A stretch of 64,000 nt of DNA from Phoronis australis (lineage: Eukaryota > Animalia > Phoronida). The notes below the pieces were generated by a model. The model saw only the letters and a program-made list of their open reading frames with translations. It made no database searches and was not told where the DNA came from. A program made the position numbers and the translations under genes. The DNA lies in assembly GCA_002633005.1 (NCBI GenBank), contig NMRA01000006.1, positions 976,427 to 1,040,426 of the forward strand, written 5' to 3'. Shown in pieces: positions 52,906-64,000 of this stretch. Position 1 is the first letter of the stretch; the number at the start of each line of letters is the position of its first letter.

Positions 52906-54525
52906 AACAAGAGCAACGCGGAGCATTGAAATGCGCCCACGAATGCATCGCAAATGGTGTGCTTTTAGAGCTGCTTATTTGTGTCATAAAAATGGCCACT
53001 AGATGGCAAAAAACAAACAATCCATCCGAAAACGGGAACGTCATTGCTTCTTTAATAGAAAACGATACACCAAATTTCATACAAATCCGTCACGGAACGT
53101 CAGAGAAACAAAGGAAAACAGAATAAAATGAAATTGCCACTAAGGGGCGCCAGAGTAGTCAAAGTCGTCGTCATCATCAACCGTCTTTTTCACACTGCGC
53201 ACATATATGCCAATTTTCAAAATCATCCTTAGAATGATTTGGTTGATAGAGGGTGAGACGCCAAAAACAGACTCGAAAACAGCAAAAATGGCCACTAACT
53301 GGCGCAAAGTACCTTGATTCCATCCGAAAACGGGAGGATAGCGTCATATCACCAATAGATGCCCGTATTCAAAATCTTATGAAAATGTGTTGAGGACCTT
53401 TGAAGATAAAGAGGTACACGTAAAACTAAAATTGCCACCAGGGTGCATACCAGTAGTCAGATACATCCCAAAATCATCGTTGTCTGTTGTCAGCATCATA
53501 TAAACACGCTTCTTAAATTTAGTAAAGATCCTGCAAACGGTTTAGGAGATACAGCCATGGGTGCAAAAAAACTGCCACTAGGAGGCGCCACAGTAGTCGA
53601 AGTCATCGGAAAATCATCCTCAGCCATCCACATCAAAGCAAAAACATACATGCCGATTTTCACAATTATCCTGAAAGCAGTTTGGTTGATAGAGGAGTGC
53701 ACGCCAAAAAACAGACTCGAAAACAGTAAAAATGGTCACTAGGTGGCGCAAACTAGGTCGAATCCATCTGAAAACAAAAAGATAGCGTCACCTCACTAAC
53801 AGAAGCCTGTACGCCGCGCCAAATTTTATGAAATCATTTTGAAGATAAAGAGGTAAACGTAAAAAAAATAAAATTGCTACTAGGTGGCACACCAGTAGTC
53901 AGATCTGTTCAAAAGTCGTCGTCATCCATTGCCAACATCATATAGATGCACTTACTAAATTTACTAAAGATGCTGCTAACGGTTTAGGAGATATAGCCAT
54001 AGGCGCAAAAAAATCTGCCACTAGGAGGCGCCACAGTAGTCGAAGTCGTCGGAAAATCATCGTCAACCGTCCTCTTCAAAGTAAGAACATACATGTCAAT
54101 TTTCACAATCATGCTTAAAGCGGTTTGGTTGACAGATGAGTGGACGTCAAAAAACAAACTCGCAAACAGTAAAAATGGCTAATAGGTGACGTAAACTACG
54201 TCGAATCCATCCCAAAACGGAAGGATACCGTTGTCTCACTAATAGATGACTATATACCAAATTTTATGAAAATACGTTGAGGGCCTTTGAAGATACAGAG
54301 GTGAACGTAAAAAACTAAAATTGCCACTAGAGGCAAACCGGTAGTCGGATCCGTCCGAATGTTCGCTCATGCCGTCCCATCCATGAAAGGAACACATGTG
54401 CACAATTTCATGAACATACACCAATCGGTTTTGGAGATAGAGCAGGCGGACGCCGGACACCGGACGCCGGACGGACGCAGATGACGGCATAATGCGTTCA
54501 CAGATAAATATGTGGGCGCATAAAA
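52906..54525 (-). mobile_element. Complete Helentron-type non-autonomous element (HINE/DINE-like) with internal 3-subunit ~442-bp higher-order tandem repeat
   Basis: Subterminal inverted repeats ATGCGCCCAC (52931-52940) / GTGGGCGCAT (54512-54521); terminal hairpins at both ends; GGAC microsatellite (54447-54480); AAATTT...ATGAAAAT cores; A/T-run flanks without TSD. Confidence 0.85.
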
Positions 54526-55069
54526 ATCACAAAAAACAGCGGATTTTGATTTTTTACATCTCTGTTGAAATTTATAACCTCATGAAATGTACCCTATCCA
54601 AAAGGAATCCCAAAATGCGTTTTTTGGCCATAAAACCAATCATATCCATTTAAAGAGACATTATCGACGAACGAAGTGTTTTTCAGAGAACAGCCATGAA
54701 GCAGAATCGAAGCCAAAACCTCGGCGGCGGCAGTTCAAGACTCTGCTGGGGCAGCCAAACCTCACTAGATAAAAGTAGAGCACTTTAAGCACTTAACCGC
54801 TGAAGCCACCAGGGACGGATCCAGGATTTTGAGTTGGGGGGCCAGGGCAGAATATTAGCCAGGATTTTGCCCGTCAGACATTCGCACCCCCGAACTGCTT
54901 AATCTGGGAGAATTTTAAGTGGGGCCATGGACCCCTTGGTCCCCCTATAAATCCGCCGCTGGTGACCGGCCTAGATTTCAATGAATGTCTGGCAGACAAC
55001 AGTGGCGTCTTTTGATAGAAAGTTTTTGCTTAATTTCGTGTACATCCATCATAAAACCATACGCAAAGA

Positions 55070-55145
55070 AAACCTAAATTGCCATCATTGGGCGCCACAG
55101 TAGTCGCACAGTAGTCGCACAGTAGTCGCACAGTAGTCGTAGTCA
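55070..55145. repeat. HINE subunit fragment with 11-bp tandem (CACAGTAGTCG)x4
   Basis: aaattgccatcattgggcgc followed by cacagtagtcg four times. Confidence 0.8.
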
Positions 55146-55716
55146 TCCCAACTTTAATATAAGGCGTACTGTTCTCAAACAATGTTTTTACATTGTTTTA
55201 CATTGTTTCGAGCAACAAACGCGTGAGTCTACAAGAGATAGAAACCAAGAGGCACCGCAACAGTGAAACACGTGCGTTATGATAACAGCCACTTTTGTCA
55301 ACACGTATCAAAACCAATAGCAGGGTTGTGAGCAATGAGATTTAAAAGAGATCCGCAATTTATAAAGAAACGTTTGTAACTATTCCTCTGTAGTAGTGTT
55401 AAATTGTAAAACTGGACTTCGGGCCCATGACCTTGCATATTTGAATTAAATGTGAATTAGTCTGGGGAACCAGCTAGCCGTTCTTAGACTAGTTTTCACG
55501 TAAGTTTGTGTGTCCGTTCACAGACTACTATTTCACCGACTACACTTCCACCTTCTCATGCCCGACTTGTCACAAGTTAATCTAACAAACAATTTTTTAA
55601 CAGAAGCCTACGCATCAATGTGAGACGGGCTTCTGGTAATTTGAAGTGGCTTATTTTGTGAAAATCGTCAAATTTTGGTTCACTTCAAAACTTTTCTGTT
55701 AAGTGTTCTTATTTGT

Positions 55717-55890
55717 AACTAGAGCTAAGGGCACTCTAATCCGTCCGAAAATTCACTCATGCCGTCCCAACCATGATAGGAACACATGTGGAATATTTCA
55801 CGAACAACCGTCAAGGAAATTTGGAGATACAGCAGCGGATGCCGGACGCTGGACGGACGGAGATGACGGCATAACAAGCACGCATTAATT
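55717..55890 (-). mobile_element. Short internally deleted HINE relative
   Basis: ATCCGTCCGAA...CTCATGCCGTCCCA.CCATGA.AGGAACACATGTG...TTGGAGATA...GGACGGACG.AGATGACGGCATAA matches 54349-54492. Confidence 0.75.
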
Positions 55891-56579
55891 ATCGGCGTTT
55901 TGCGAATGGAAAACTAAAACTAAAGAAGTCGAACTCAGATTGCGATTGGCTGAATATAATGAATGTGGTAAGTAGATGCAATATAATGAGATGACGTCAC
56001 ATATTTAAGAAATGATTGAATAGCAGTTAATTTGACACTGTATGAAACAGGTATTTCCCTAACATACTCATCCAAGTGCGATTTTTCACCGTTCAGATAC
56101 AGTTGTGAAAACCAAAAGCATCTGTGGCAAGGGTCTGTTGAGGGACACGCTCACAAGAACCGCCCGCCTCAGTGTTTGGCGACGGTTGATACATGCACAT
56201 GACTATCGATACGGCCTGATTATAGTATGAGAAAAACGACCACAATCAACACGGTTCGAGAGGTGTACGCTACTTTTTATCTCGAAAAATCATGTCTAAA
56301 AGGCCCGCTTTATCGCACACGACAATTGTATACGCCGGACTATCGGACCGTGTAAACCGGGTTCCATTTTCCATGTACGGCAATCTCTCGCGATTGGACC
56401 CTGTGCCTAGAGCCTATTAAGCATCTGCCCTAAAAAGCCGCCAACCATCATGAATCTAGTTCCCTGACCAGTCTTTCTATAAACTGTGGAGGTCAGCGAA
56501 GAACGTGATACACTTACAATGCGTGAGTCGCAATAGTCTGTAAAGGGCCCAAAGGGTTACTAAATGAGAACCTTTCTGC

Positions 56580-58466
56580 CCGTTGAAAAGTGCTTATTCA
56601 ATCCGCATCGCGTAGTATTAATTATTCAACGCGCTGAGGTGGCGAATACACTTAAACGCGCAAAACTGCTTATTCAAAAACTACTCTTTATCAGTTCATA
56701 GAGTCCAATCATGTCCGTGCTCTCAAATCTCAAACTAACGGAAGATTTTTTGCATGCTGTGCAAGGTCAGTTTGTGCTCGATCACGGACATATTTCGTCT
56801 GAGCTGCCTTTTCGCGGGGGGTACGTACAGACCGTAAACTTGTTTTTGATTGAACATAACGAATAACTTAATTCAGCGCGATGAATAAACAATAGTGCGC
56901 GTTGATTAAGAGCAGAAAGATAATCGCTTAATGTTATCTCAAACCTTATTTAGTGGCCTCCATTCTAACTCATATATCAAAAAGCCAGGATTTGTAAACT
57001 AGTAAAAGTATACATTTTCTGAAAGAAAAAAAATCAGGGAATATAAAAACATGTTTTATATGATGTGCCAATGTTATTATTACGTTAAGTCAAAATTTCA
57101 TTTTTAAGAAAGGTAAATTCATAGCAAAATAGCCCCTCGGTAGATTTAATGAAACCTTTATTTACATGAAAGCTTTAGTTACCTCAAAATCGCTGTTAGG
57201 AATTTTCGATTTATCATTTAGTTTGGTTCCTATGTAAATTAACTCACAAAACGTAAGGGATTTTTGTAAAAAGTAGCAGTTGTATTCGTTTTTGTGACAT
57301 TACACAAAAATCAGGCCTTTATATCGAAAATCCTAGCAGCGTTTTTGAGATTAACAAATAAATATTAAGTTCGGAAAGTTTCATCGAAATCGACCGAACC
57401 CTTTTCGAGAACCAGGTTCCCAATTTCAAATTAAACCCATTTGTCGAAGACGATAAAAGGCCGATTAATTGGGAGACGTGACAATCTCAGTCTTCGGTTA
57501 AGTATTCGGTGAAAACTTGCTTTTGGTCAATACAACCTGTACATGTCTTAACCATGTTCGCTATTTCAACATTCCTCGCAATATCAACTGAATTTGCAGT
57601 GCGCAATTAACTTAATTATCACTAAAACGATTTAATTTTGTACGTGGGATTTCATGTACATCGCGTTAACTTGGCCAAAAGGCGGGACCAGCAGTAAGTA
57701 GGCCAACAGTTCATTGTATACACACCACGCGCCCGGGAAAAATGAAAGCAAATACGAAATGGCCAATAGAAATCGAGTCGGTGGCTAAGGCGCACCGTGA
57801 GCTCGAGATCGAAACAGCAAAATGTCAAATTACTGATTAAGTTAATGAATTTCAGGGAGGATTTATCTGTTTTAACAACTTGCTGTGTTAGTGAACACTA
57901 AGTCACAGAGGTAGTTCAGCGACTCGGACTCGGCGCATTGGTTCTCAACGGTCGTACGGACATATCTGCAGACGCAAAACTCCCTCAGGATAAAAACTAC
58001 GTTTTAGCTTCATTTCCCGCGGCATCTTTCTATGCTATGTATATCTCGTTGACTAAATGTGATGGCTATTCGATAAATGAAAGGACTGAGGGTACATACG
58101 AAACTGCTCTATGCCTGGCGCGGGAGATTCGATTTGAGTAACAGCCGTCTATTAACCATTGACCTCGGATAACAAATAAACAAATTTCCACTCTGTTGAA
58201 GGTGATGGAACTAAATCGTTTTTTTCTCTCGCTACACGGTGTACATTTCGCATTTGAAGATCCCCGAGAATGAAGATAAGGTATTTTGCTAAACATGTGT
58301 GAAATATTGTAAAAACATACAATTTTTGTGAATAAGGTTTGAGATATCGTTAAGAACCAATTCAGCGCGCTGAATAACTAATAATTCGGCGCGTTGAATA
58401 AGCAATACGAGCCGTTGATTAAGCAACAGGCGCGTTGAATAACGATAACTGTTAAGAACCAATTCA
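56580..58466. repeat. Probable fold-back element with ATTCAACGCGC / GCGCGTTGAATAA end arrays
   Basis: TTAATGTTATCTCAAACCTTATT (56928) is inverted to AATAAGGTTTGAGATATCGTTAA (58331). Internal inverted pair 57138-57210 / 57323-57395. Motif arrays at both ends. Confidence 0.5.
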
Positions 58467-58468
58467 AC

Positions 58469-59026
58469 CCCAGATAGCATCACCACGTTGGGCCGACGTC
58501 GCCATTCGTTGGCTCGAGGTCGATTGGTCGCGGTCGGTTTTTTGACGTTGGTCCGACGTTGGTCGGCGGTCTACAAGATGCGGCTTTTAAAAGCCTGTTT
58601 TGCACTTCCAAGTAAATTTGACGCTTGCGATATTATTTTTTTATATTCACAGTGTGTAAGTCAACCTATTTGTCCTACTTTGAGTATTGTTCAGTCTTGA
58701 CGTCGGACCAACGTTGGCTCAGCGTCGGGCACGTTTGACGTTGGGCCGACGCGGGTGCGACGCGGTGCGAGAAATCATATGTGGTGCTGAGTCCGACGTC
58801 GGTCCAACGTCGTGTCGTGTAAAAAGTGTAGGTCCATTTAACTATAGCGTCAAATTGAAAAAGGAAAATTAAAAATACGTCTGTGATTCAGAAAAATATT
58901 TACTGCCGTGCATAAGTCAGCCTATTTGTCCTTCTTTGAGTATTGTTCAGTCTTGACGTCGAACCAACGCTGGCTCAGCGTCGGGCACGTTTGACGTTGT
59001 GCCGACGCGGGTGCGACGCCGGGTGC
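58469..59026 (+). mobile_element. CACTA/EnSpm-like (CCCAG-end) non-autonomous element, truncated at a contig join
   Basis: Begins CCCAGATAGCA; many ACGTTGG(G/T)CCGACGT subterminal repeats in both orientations; internal duplication 58657-58765 / 58913-59025; ends at a single n. Confidence 0.55.
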
Positions 59027-59339
59027 NAGTAAAGTTACCGTCAATACACGGCAATTTCACTTAGAAAGACCGCCACTCACAAAGGAAAGTAACCCTGCCA
59101 TCCTGCCATTAACAGGGTTCAATTCCGACTGCATGTTTCACCACAACTGTTCTGTTTGTAAGCCAATTACGCTATACCAGACCGCATAACTCAACAAGTT
59201 ACGGCTGTGGCAATCAAGAACATAGTTTCTCACTTAAACACTGTCTCGCAAATTTGTGATCGAACTTACAACCACGGCTCCCAAATTGCCAAAAAGACGG
59301 CGCAGAGACTCACAAAAGACGGCGTACGCATACATTGTG

Positions 59340-59470
59340 AATAAACAAATTGCGTCACATCAGTTCTGACCGTAAACAAATTACTTCTCACCAGTTCAGT
59401 CAATAAACAAATTATATCCCACCAATTCTGCCAGTAAAGAACAACATTGCATCAGTTCAGTCAAGGAATC
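59340..59470. repeat. Degenerate ~31-bp minisatellite
   Basis: AAACAAATT...(C)CAGTTC(T/A)G unit repeated 4 times. Confidence 0.7.
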
Positions 59471-59623
59471 AGTAACAATCCCTCCCTTTTGCTAGTAAAT
59501 TTAGTACATCCCAAATGTTCTGCCAATAAATAACCAATAACCTCGAGACGTTTTCACAACCTCATCACTGACGTCGTCAACATCATTACTACCATTGTTA
59601 ACTCATTTATCCTATTTTTCCAA

Positions 59624-61249
59624 ATGTTACCATTAGTGAACTTTCATTACACTGTGAATGACCTAAATATACATTACAGAGAGAAGCCCAAAAAGATGTC
59701 ACAATGTCAGTTAAAGAGAGCAAAACCGGACAAGTCTCACAAGACAACTACATCCCAGAGAAAAATATCAGAGACGTTCTCGGGGAAGGCAGACCACAAC
59801 AGGGTAGAGAGAAGAGCCTCGGATATGTTTAAAGATAAGGCGGAGACCTCTCAGAGCATATCTCCAAGAGTGCACAAAAACGCAGTGCAGAAGGAAGTCT
59901 CCGATCCTTCTCATACAAAACCACATTCCTCACAAAGCTATATCTCTGAAACTTCACACAGGGCACACAATGTAGAGAAGAAAGTCCCCGACACTCCTCA
60001 CCATAGGCCACGCGTACCACATAGAGAAATTCCAGACACGCGTCAACAAAAGCCAGAGGCACTAGAAAGGGAAGTTCCAGTCACATCTCACAAAAACAAA
60101 GGCATTGCACATGAAGAGGTGGTAGAACACTCTCAAGCAAACACGCACATGCTGCAGACTGAGGCCACCGACATATCTTCCAGGAGCCCATATACACCAG
60201 ACAGACAATCGATGGACATATCTCAACGCAAGAAATACTCATTCGACCCCAAAGTCTACACGGAGAAACATAAAACGGAAATTGACCTGGAAGACCATAA
60301 TTTCTGTGTAAAACATTTCTCGTGGAAGCAGTTCACGTTTTACTACAAAGGAGTCTCCAGTGACTTTGCGACCAGTAAGTGGCCAATGAGCATAGAGCAC
60401 TTTGTTGTCTATAGGGGATTTATGGTAGTTGCTTTGACTAGTTGGTTTGTGCTTCAGGACACATTATGGACACTCCCAAATTATACCAAGTGGTTCATTT
60501 ACCTTGGTAATTGGGTTTCTGTACTGGTTTATGTGTATTTCGTCTACAGTCTAGTATTATTGGTGACTTTGAACTGGAAACACAAAATAGTGCCGTTGAG
60601 CAAAGATGACGAGTTTGCGAAGATAGTTCGGCAAGCAGAAGAAAACGTGACAAGGAAGCATACCAGCTATGTTCACGAAAACTTTAACCCGTTGACAGTG
60701 GCCGGTGGGCCTGTGCCTTGGTTTTTCAAAGTACAATGGTTCCTTATAAGTATGACAAGTCAAGCAGCTCACGTACATAACGTCTTCTACTGGACGACTG
60801 AACACTCTAACAGCGCTCTCCAAGGCTCCTCTGTCCATTACATCATCGACACCGTGGCAATGACAATGGACATATTCATGGTTTCCATACCATTACGGTT
60901 TGCACATGTTTGGCACTTCCTTTGTCTGGTCACCATATACATCATGTTCTCAGTTATCCACTGGAAAGCAGGAGGTACTAACTACCACGACTTCAATTTC
61001 ACAATTAAAGCCCTGGATTATGAAGACAATCCAGAGAATGCAGTCTTCATTATAGCACTGGTCATACTTTTTGTCGCGCCGTGCTTCCAAACACTTTGTA
61101 TAACTATAGCGTACGCAAGGGATTTCGCCTTTCATTTATACGTTCGCTCAAGAATAACGGCGAGAACGGAGGAAGTGAAGCTACGTTTCCAAGGAGCCTA
61201 TCAAGCTCACCAAGAACAAAAGGAGGTAAACAAAACGATGTCGACGTGA
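59624..61249 (+). CDS. rost: Protein rolling stone-like multi-pass membrane protein (AIG1/FAR-17a-related) with a long low-complexity N-terminus
   Basis: 541-aa ORF with family motifs F..SKW, YR, KWFIYLGNW, PWFFKVQWFL, VFYW, SVH, SIPLRFAH, YIMFSVIHWKAGGTN, LDY...P and ~6 hydrophobic segments. The true start may be the Met at 59696 or an acceptor (ttacag) near 59679. Confidence 0.88.
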   Translation: MLPLVNFHYTVNDLNIHYREKPKKMSQCQLKRAKPDKSHKTTTSQRKISETFSGKADHNRVERRASDMFKDKAETSQSISPRVHKNAVQKEVSDPSHTKPHSSQSYISETSHRAHNVEKKVPDTPHHRPRVPHREIPDTRQQKPEALEREVPVTSHKNKGIAHEEVVEHSQANTHMLQTEATDISSRSPYTPDRQSMDISQRKKYSFDPKVYTEKHKTEIDLEDHNFCVKHFSWKQFTFYYKGVSSDFATSKWPMSIEHFVVYRGFMVVALTSWFVLQDTLWTLPNYTKWFIYLGNWVSVLVYVYFVYSLVLLVTLNWKHKIVPLSKDDEFAKIVRQAEENVTRKHTSYVHENFNPLTVAGGPVPWFFKVQWFLISMTSQAAHVHNVFYWTTEHSNSALQGSSVHYIIDTVAMTMDIFMVSIPLRFAHVWHFLCLVTIYIMFSVIHWKAGGTNYHDFNFTIKALDYEDNPENAVFIIALVILFVAPCFQTLCITIAYARDFAFHLYVRSRITARTEEVKLRFQGAYQAHQEQKEVNKTMST

Positions 61250-62214
61250 TACTTGTTTTGGTCGTAACAGGGAACAAGAAAACATGCATCAAGGCTGTGT
61301 AATGCTTCCCGAAATAGGTAAAACCAGAACAAAGCCAGTATAGAAAATAGCATTTTACCTATTAACTGTGGAATTACTTATTATTTGTTACAATTTTGAA
61401 CATTTAGTGTAAGTTTTTCTAGTTCAGAACCACTTGCTCAAATATTAGAGTTTACAGTCCACTCTAGCCGCCCTCTATTCCATTTCTATCCTTCCCAACA
61501 CTAGCATCTGGACTTCCGTTTGACAAATCGCAGGATATAATCTACCGTCTTGGTGTCGTTTTTCAAGAGCACCTTGGGACTGTTGTAGACTCCTTAACAT
61601 CTGGTGACCACAGGTAACATACTGATAACGTGACGAAAAATAACTCATAAAGTAGGCACCTGAATAAAGCACAGTAACACTGTAACATGTCTTCCCCTGC
61701 CAGTATGACTAAGCAACTATCACACGAAAATATACCAATGCATCTTATTCCAGGGATTTCATCAAGGGTGTTACTCTCTTTTTCAAAGCAATATGGGACA
61801 GGTGTTGACTGGTAAACATACGGTGACGTCAAACCGAATTTATAGCAGGCCAAAGCTCGCCTAAGACCAACACGTAACAAGATGGGAAAGTTAAGGTCTT
61901 CTCATTGTCCCACCCCACATGACACGCATATCAGCATACTCATGGGAGGCTAAATTCCAATCAGCCTCGTTCCCAAGCCTCAAGGTGGCGCTGATGGTTA
62001 AGCCATTTGAGGCTTGGTTATGGGAATTCTGACACATCCTTACGGAAATAGGCGGAACATCACGAGTAGTATAAGGTTCAATCAACTTTGAATATTCTGC
62101 AATATAATATAAAAATGGAAACTAACGGTATATTTCAGCATTTTAGACCTAAATTATTGCAAAAATGATGTATTTTGATTCCAAAACAGATTACTTTCCA
62201 GGATACTATTAATA

Positions 62215-63570
62215 AACAAGAGCAAGAAATGCGCCCACCAATACAGCCAAATGGTGTGCTTTTAGGGTTATTTATTTGTATCATAAAAATGGCCACTAGA
62301 TGTCGCAAAAACGTACAATCCATCCAAAAACGGGCACATGCCATACTTCATAAAAATCTGTCAAGGAACTTCAGAGAAGCAAAGGACAAAAAAAAAAGAA
62401 ATTGCCAATTGTGGACACAGGGACCGTTTGATCGGCATGAAAGTTGTCTGTTATCTTCATGTAAATCCACTTCCTAAATTAAAGATCTTGCAGTGGGTTT
62501 TTTTAGAAACAGCTACAACAAAACAAAACTACCACTAGGATGCGCCACAGTAGTCAGTCGCCATAATCAAACAATCCTCTTCACTGCACACTGAAAACAT
62601 ATACGCCAATGTTCAAAACCATCCTTAGAATGATTTGGTTGATAGAGGGGTGGACGCCAAAAACAAGATTTGAAAACACTAGAAATGGCCACTAGGTGGT
62701 GCAAAATATATCGATTCCATCCAAAAACAGGATGATATTGTCATCTCACCAATAGATGCCAATATTCAAAATTTTATGAAAATCTGTTGAGTACATTGGA
62801 AGATACACACTGGTAAACGTAAAAACTAAAATTGCCACTAGGGGGCACAACAGTAGTCAAATCCGTCTGAAAGTCGTCGTCGTCCGTTGTCAACATTACA
62901 TAAATATACTTTCTAAATTAAGTAAAGATCCTGCCAACGGTTTAGGAGATACAGCCATGAGCACAAAAAAATGCCACTAGGAGGTGCCACAGTAGTCGAA
63001 CTCCTAGGAAAATCATTATCAGCAGTCCACTTTATAGCATAAACATACATGCCAATTTCCACAATTATCCTCAAAGCCGTTTGGTTGATAGAGGAGTGGA
63101 TGCCAAAAACAGACTCGAAAACAGTAGAAATGGCCACTAGGTGGTGCAAACTAGGTCGAATCCATCTGAAAAAAGAGATATAGCGTCAACTCATTAACAG
63201 ATGCCAGAATACCAAATTTTATGGAAATACGTTGAGTACCTTTGAACATACAGAGGTAAACGTAAAAAAATAAAATTGCCACTAGGTGGCACACCAGTAC
63301 TCAGATCCATCCAAAAGTTGTCGTCCTTCGTTGTTAACATCATATAAATACATTTACTAAATTTAGAAAAGATCCTGCTAATGGTTTAGGCACAAAAAAA
63401 ACAAAACTGCCACTAGGAGGCGCCACAGTAATGGAAGTCGGAAAATTATCGTCAGCCGTCCACTTCATAGTAAGAACATACATGACTCGAAAACAGTAAA
63501 AATGTCCACTAGGTGGTGCAATCTACGTCAAATCCATCCGAAAACGGGAGGATAGCGTCATCTTGCTAAT
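62215..63570 (-). mobile_element. Helentron-type non-autonomous element, truncated
   Basis: AACAAGAGCAAGAAATGCGCCCAC end and ~10 of the same ~147-bp subunits. Confidence 0.85.
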
Positions 63571-63745
63571 ACCGTAATCGTTCCGGTTAACGCCCTGGGC
63601 GGTTAAATTGGCGAACCCAAAAAATCGGGGGTGGGCGGTTAACCAGACATGGGCGCTTAAACGTGAAATTTCAAGAAATCGGGGGGGCGGTTAACTGAAC
63701 ATGGGCGCTTATTACGACAGGCAACCGCCCTGGGCGGTTAATCTT
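63570..63745. mobile_element. pogo/Tigger-like MITE fragment
   Basis: Starts TA|CCGTAATCG; repeated CGCCCTGGGCGGTTAA and GGGCGCTTA motifs; right TIR not found. Confidence 0.45.
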
Positions 63746-64000
63746 ACCTTATGATCTGAGTCACCACACGTACTAAGCCACATACTGGGATCGCCTAACA
63801 CTTTGAAAAGAACTTTATCGCCACCAAGTGCGTACTCTGCGCACTCTAATTAACAAATAGTTTCGAAAATGTAGAGTGTGGTCAAACTCCGAACGCTTGC
63901 ATAGAAAGTTTGCTACATAATATGGCGCCTCAGGTGAGACCGATTATTGCGAATTATGCTCATTATTTCACTATACTTCGCAGACGTTGAACATGTTCAC

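Noticed and set aside
52990-54330. CRISPR-like array (conserved motif with ~130-bp intervals)
   Set aside because: The intervals are homologous to each other in a 3-unit cycle, there are no cas genes, and the context is eukaryotic.
58657-59026. ~110-bp direct duplication as a biologically special feature
   Set aside because: It abuts a single-n contig join, so it may be an assembly overlap or an ordinary internal TE repeat.

Overview
AT-rich (about 40% GC by eye), repeat-dense animal genomic DNA; the transposon set suggests a marine invertebrate (inference). It is a draft assembly with a 640-N gap at 2032-2671. Two host genes are supported: a spliced EFCAB3-like EF-hand gene on + (exons reconstructed by eye from 29957 to 40359, not assembled by the ORF track) and a single-ORF rolling stone-like (AIG1/FAR-17a-related) membrane protein at 59624-61249. 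The rest is mostly mobile or repetitive DNA: a full-length decayed DIRS retrotransposon with inverted termini and ICR (about 3310-8077, - strand), Kolobok/T2-type TTAA elements (one nested, with THAP relics), a 15 kb hierarchical macrosatellite (about 10800-26005), a tRNA-containing short LTR with a PBS, several MITEs and palindromes, and Helentron-type non-autonomous elements. The most striking observation is that the internal ~147-bp tandem subunits of these Helentron-type elements each carry a co-oriented CTCF-consensus motif, about 30 in the window. All calls are by eye; no database search was run.
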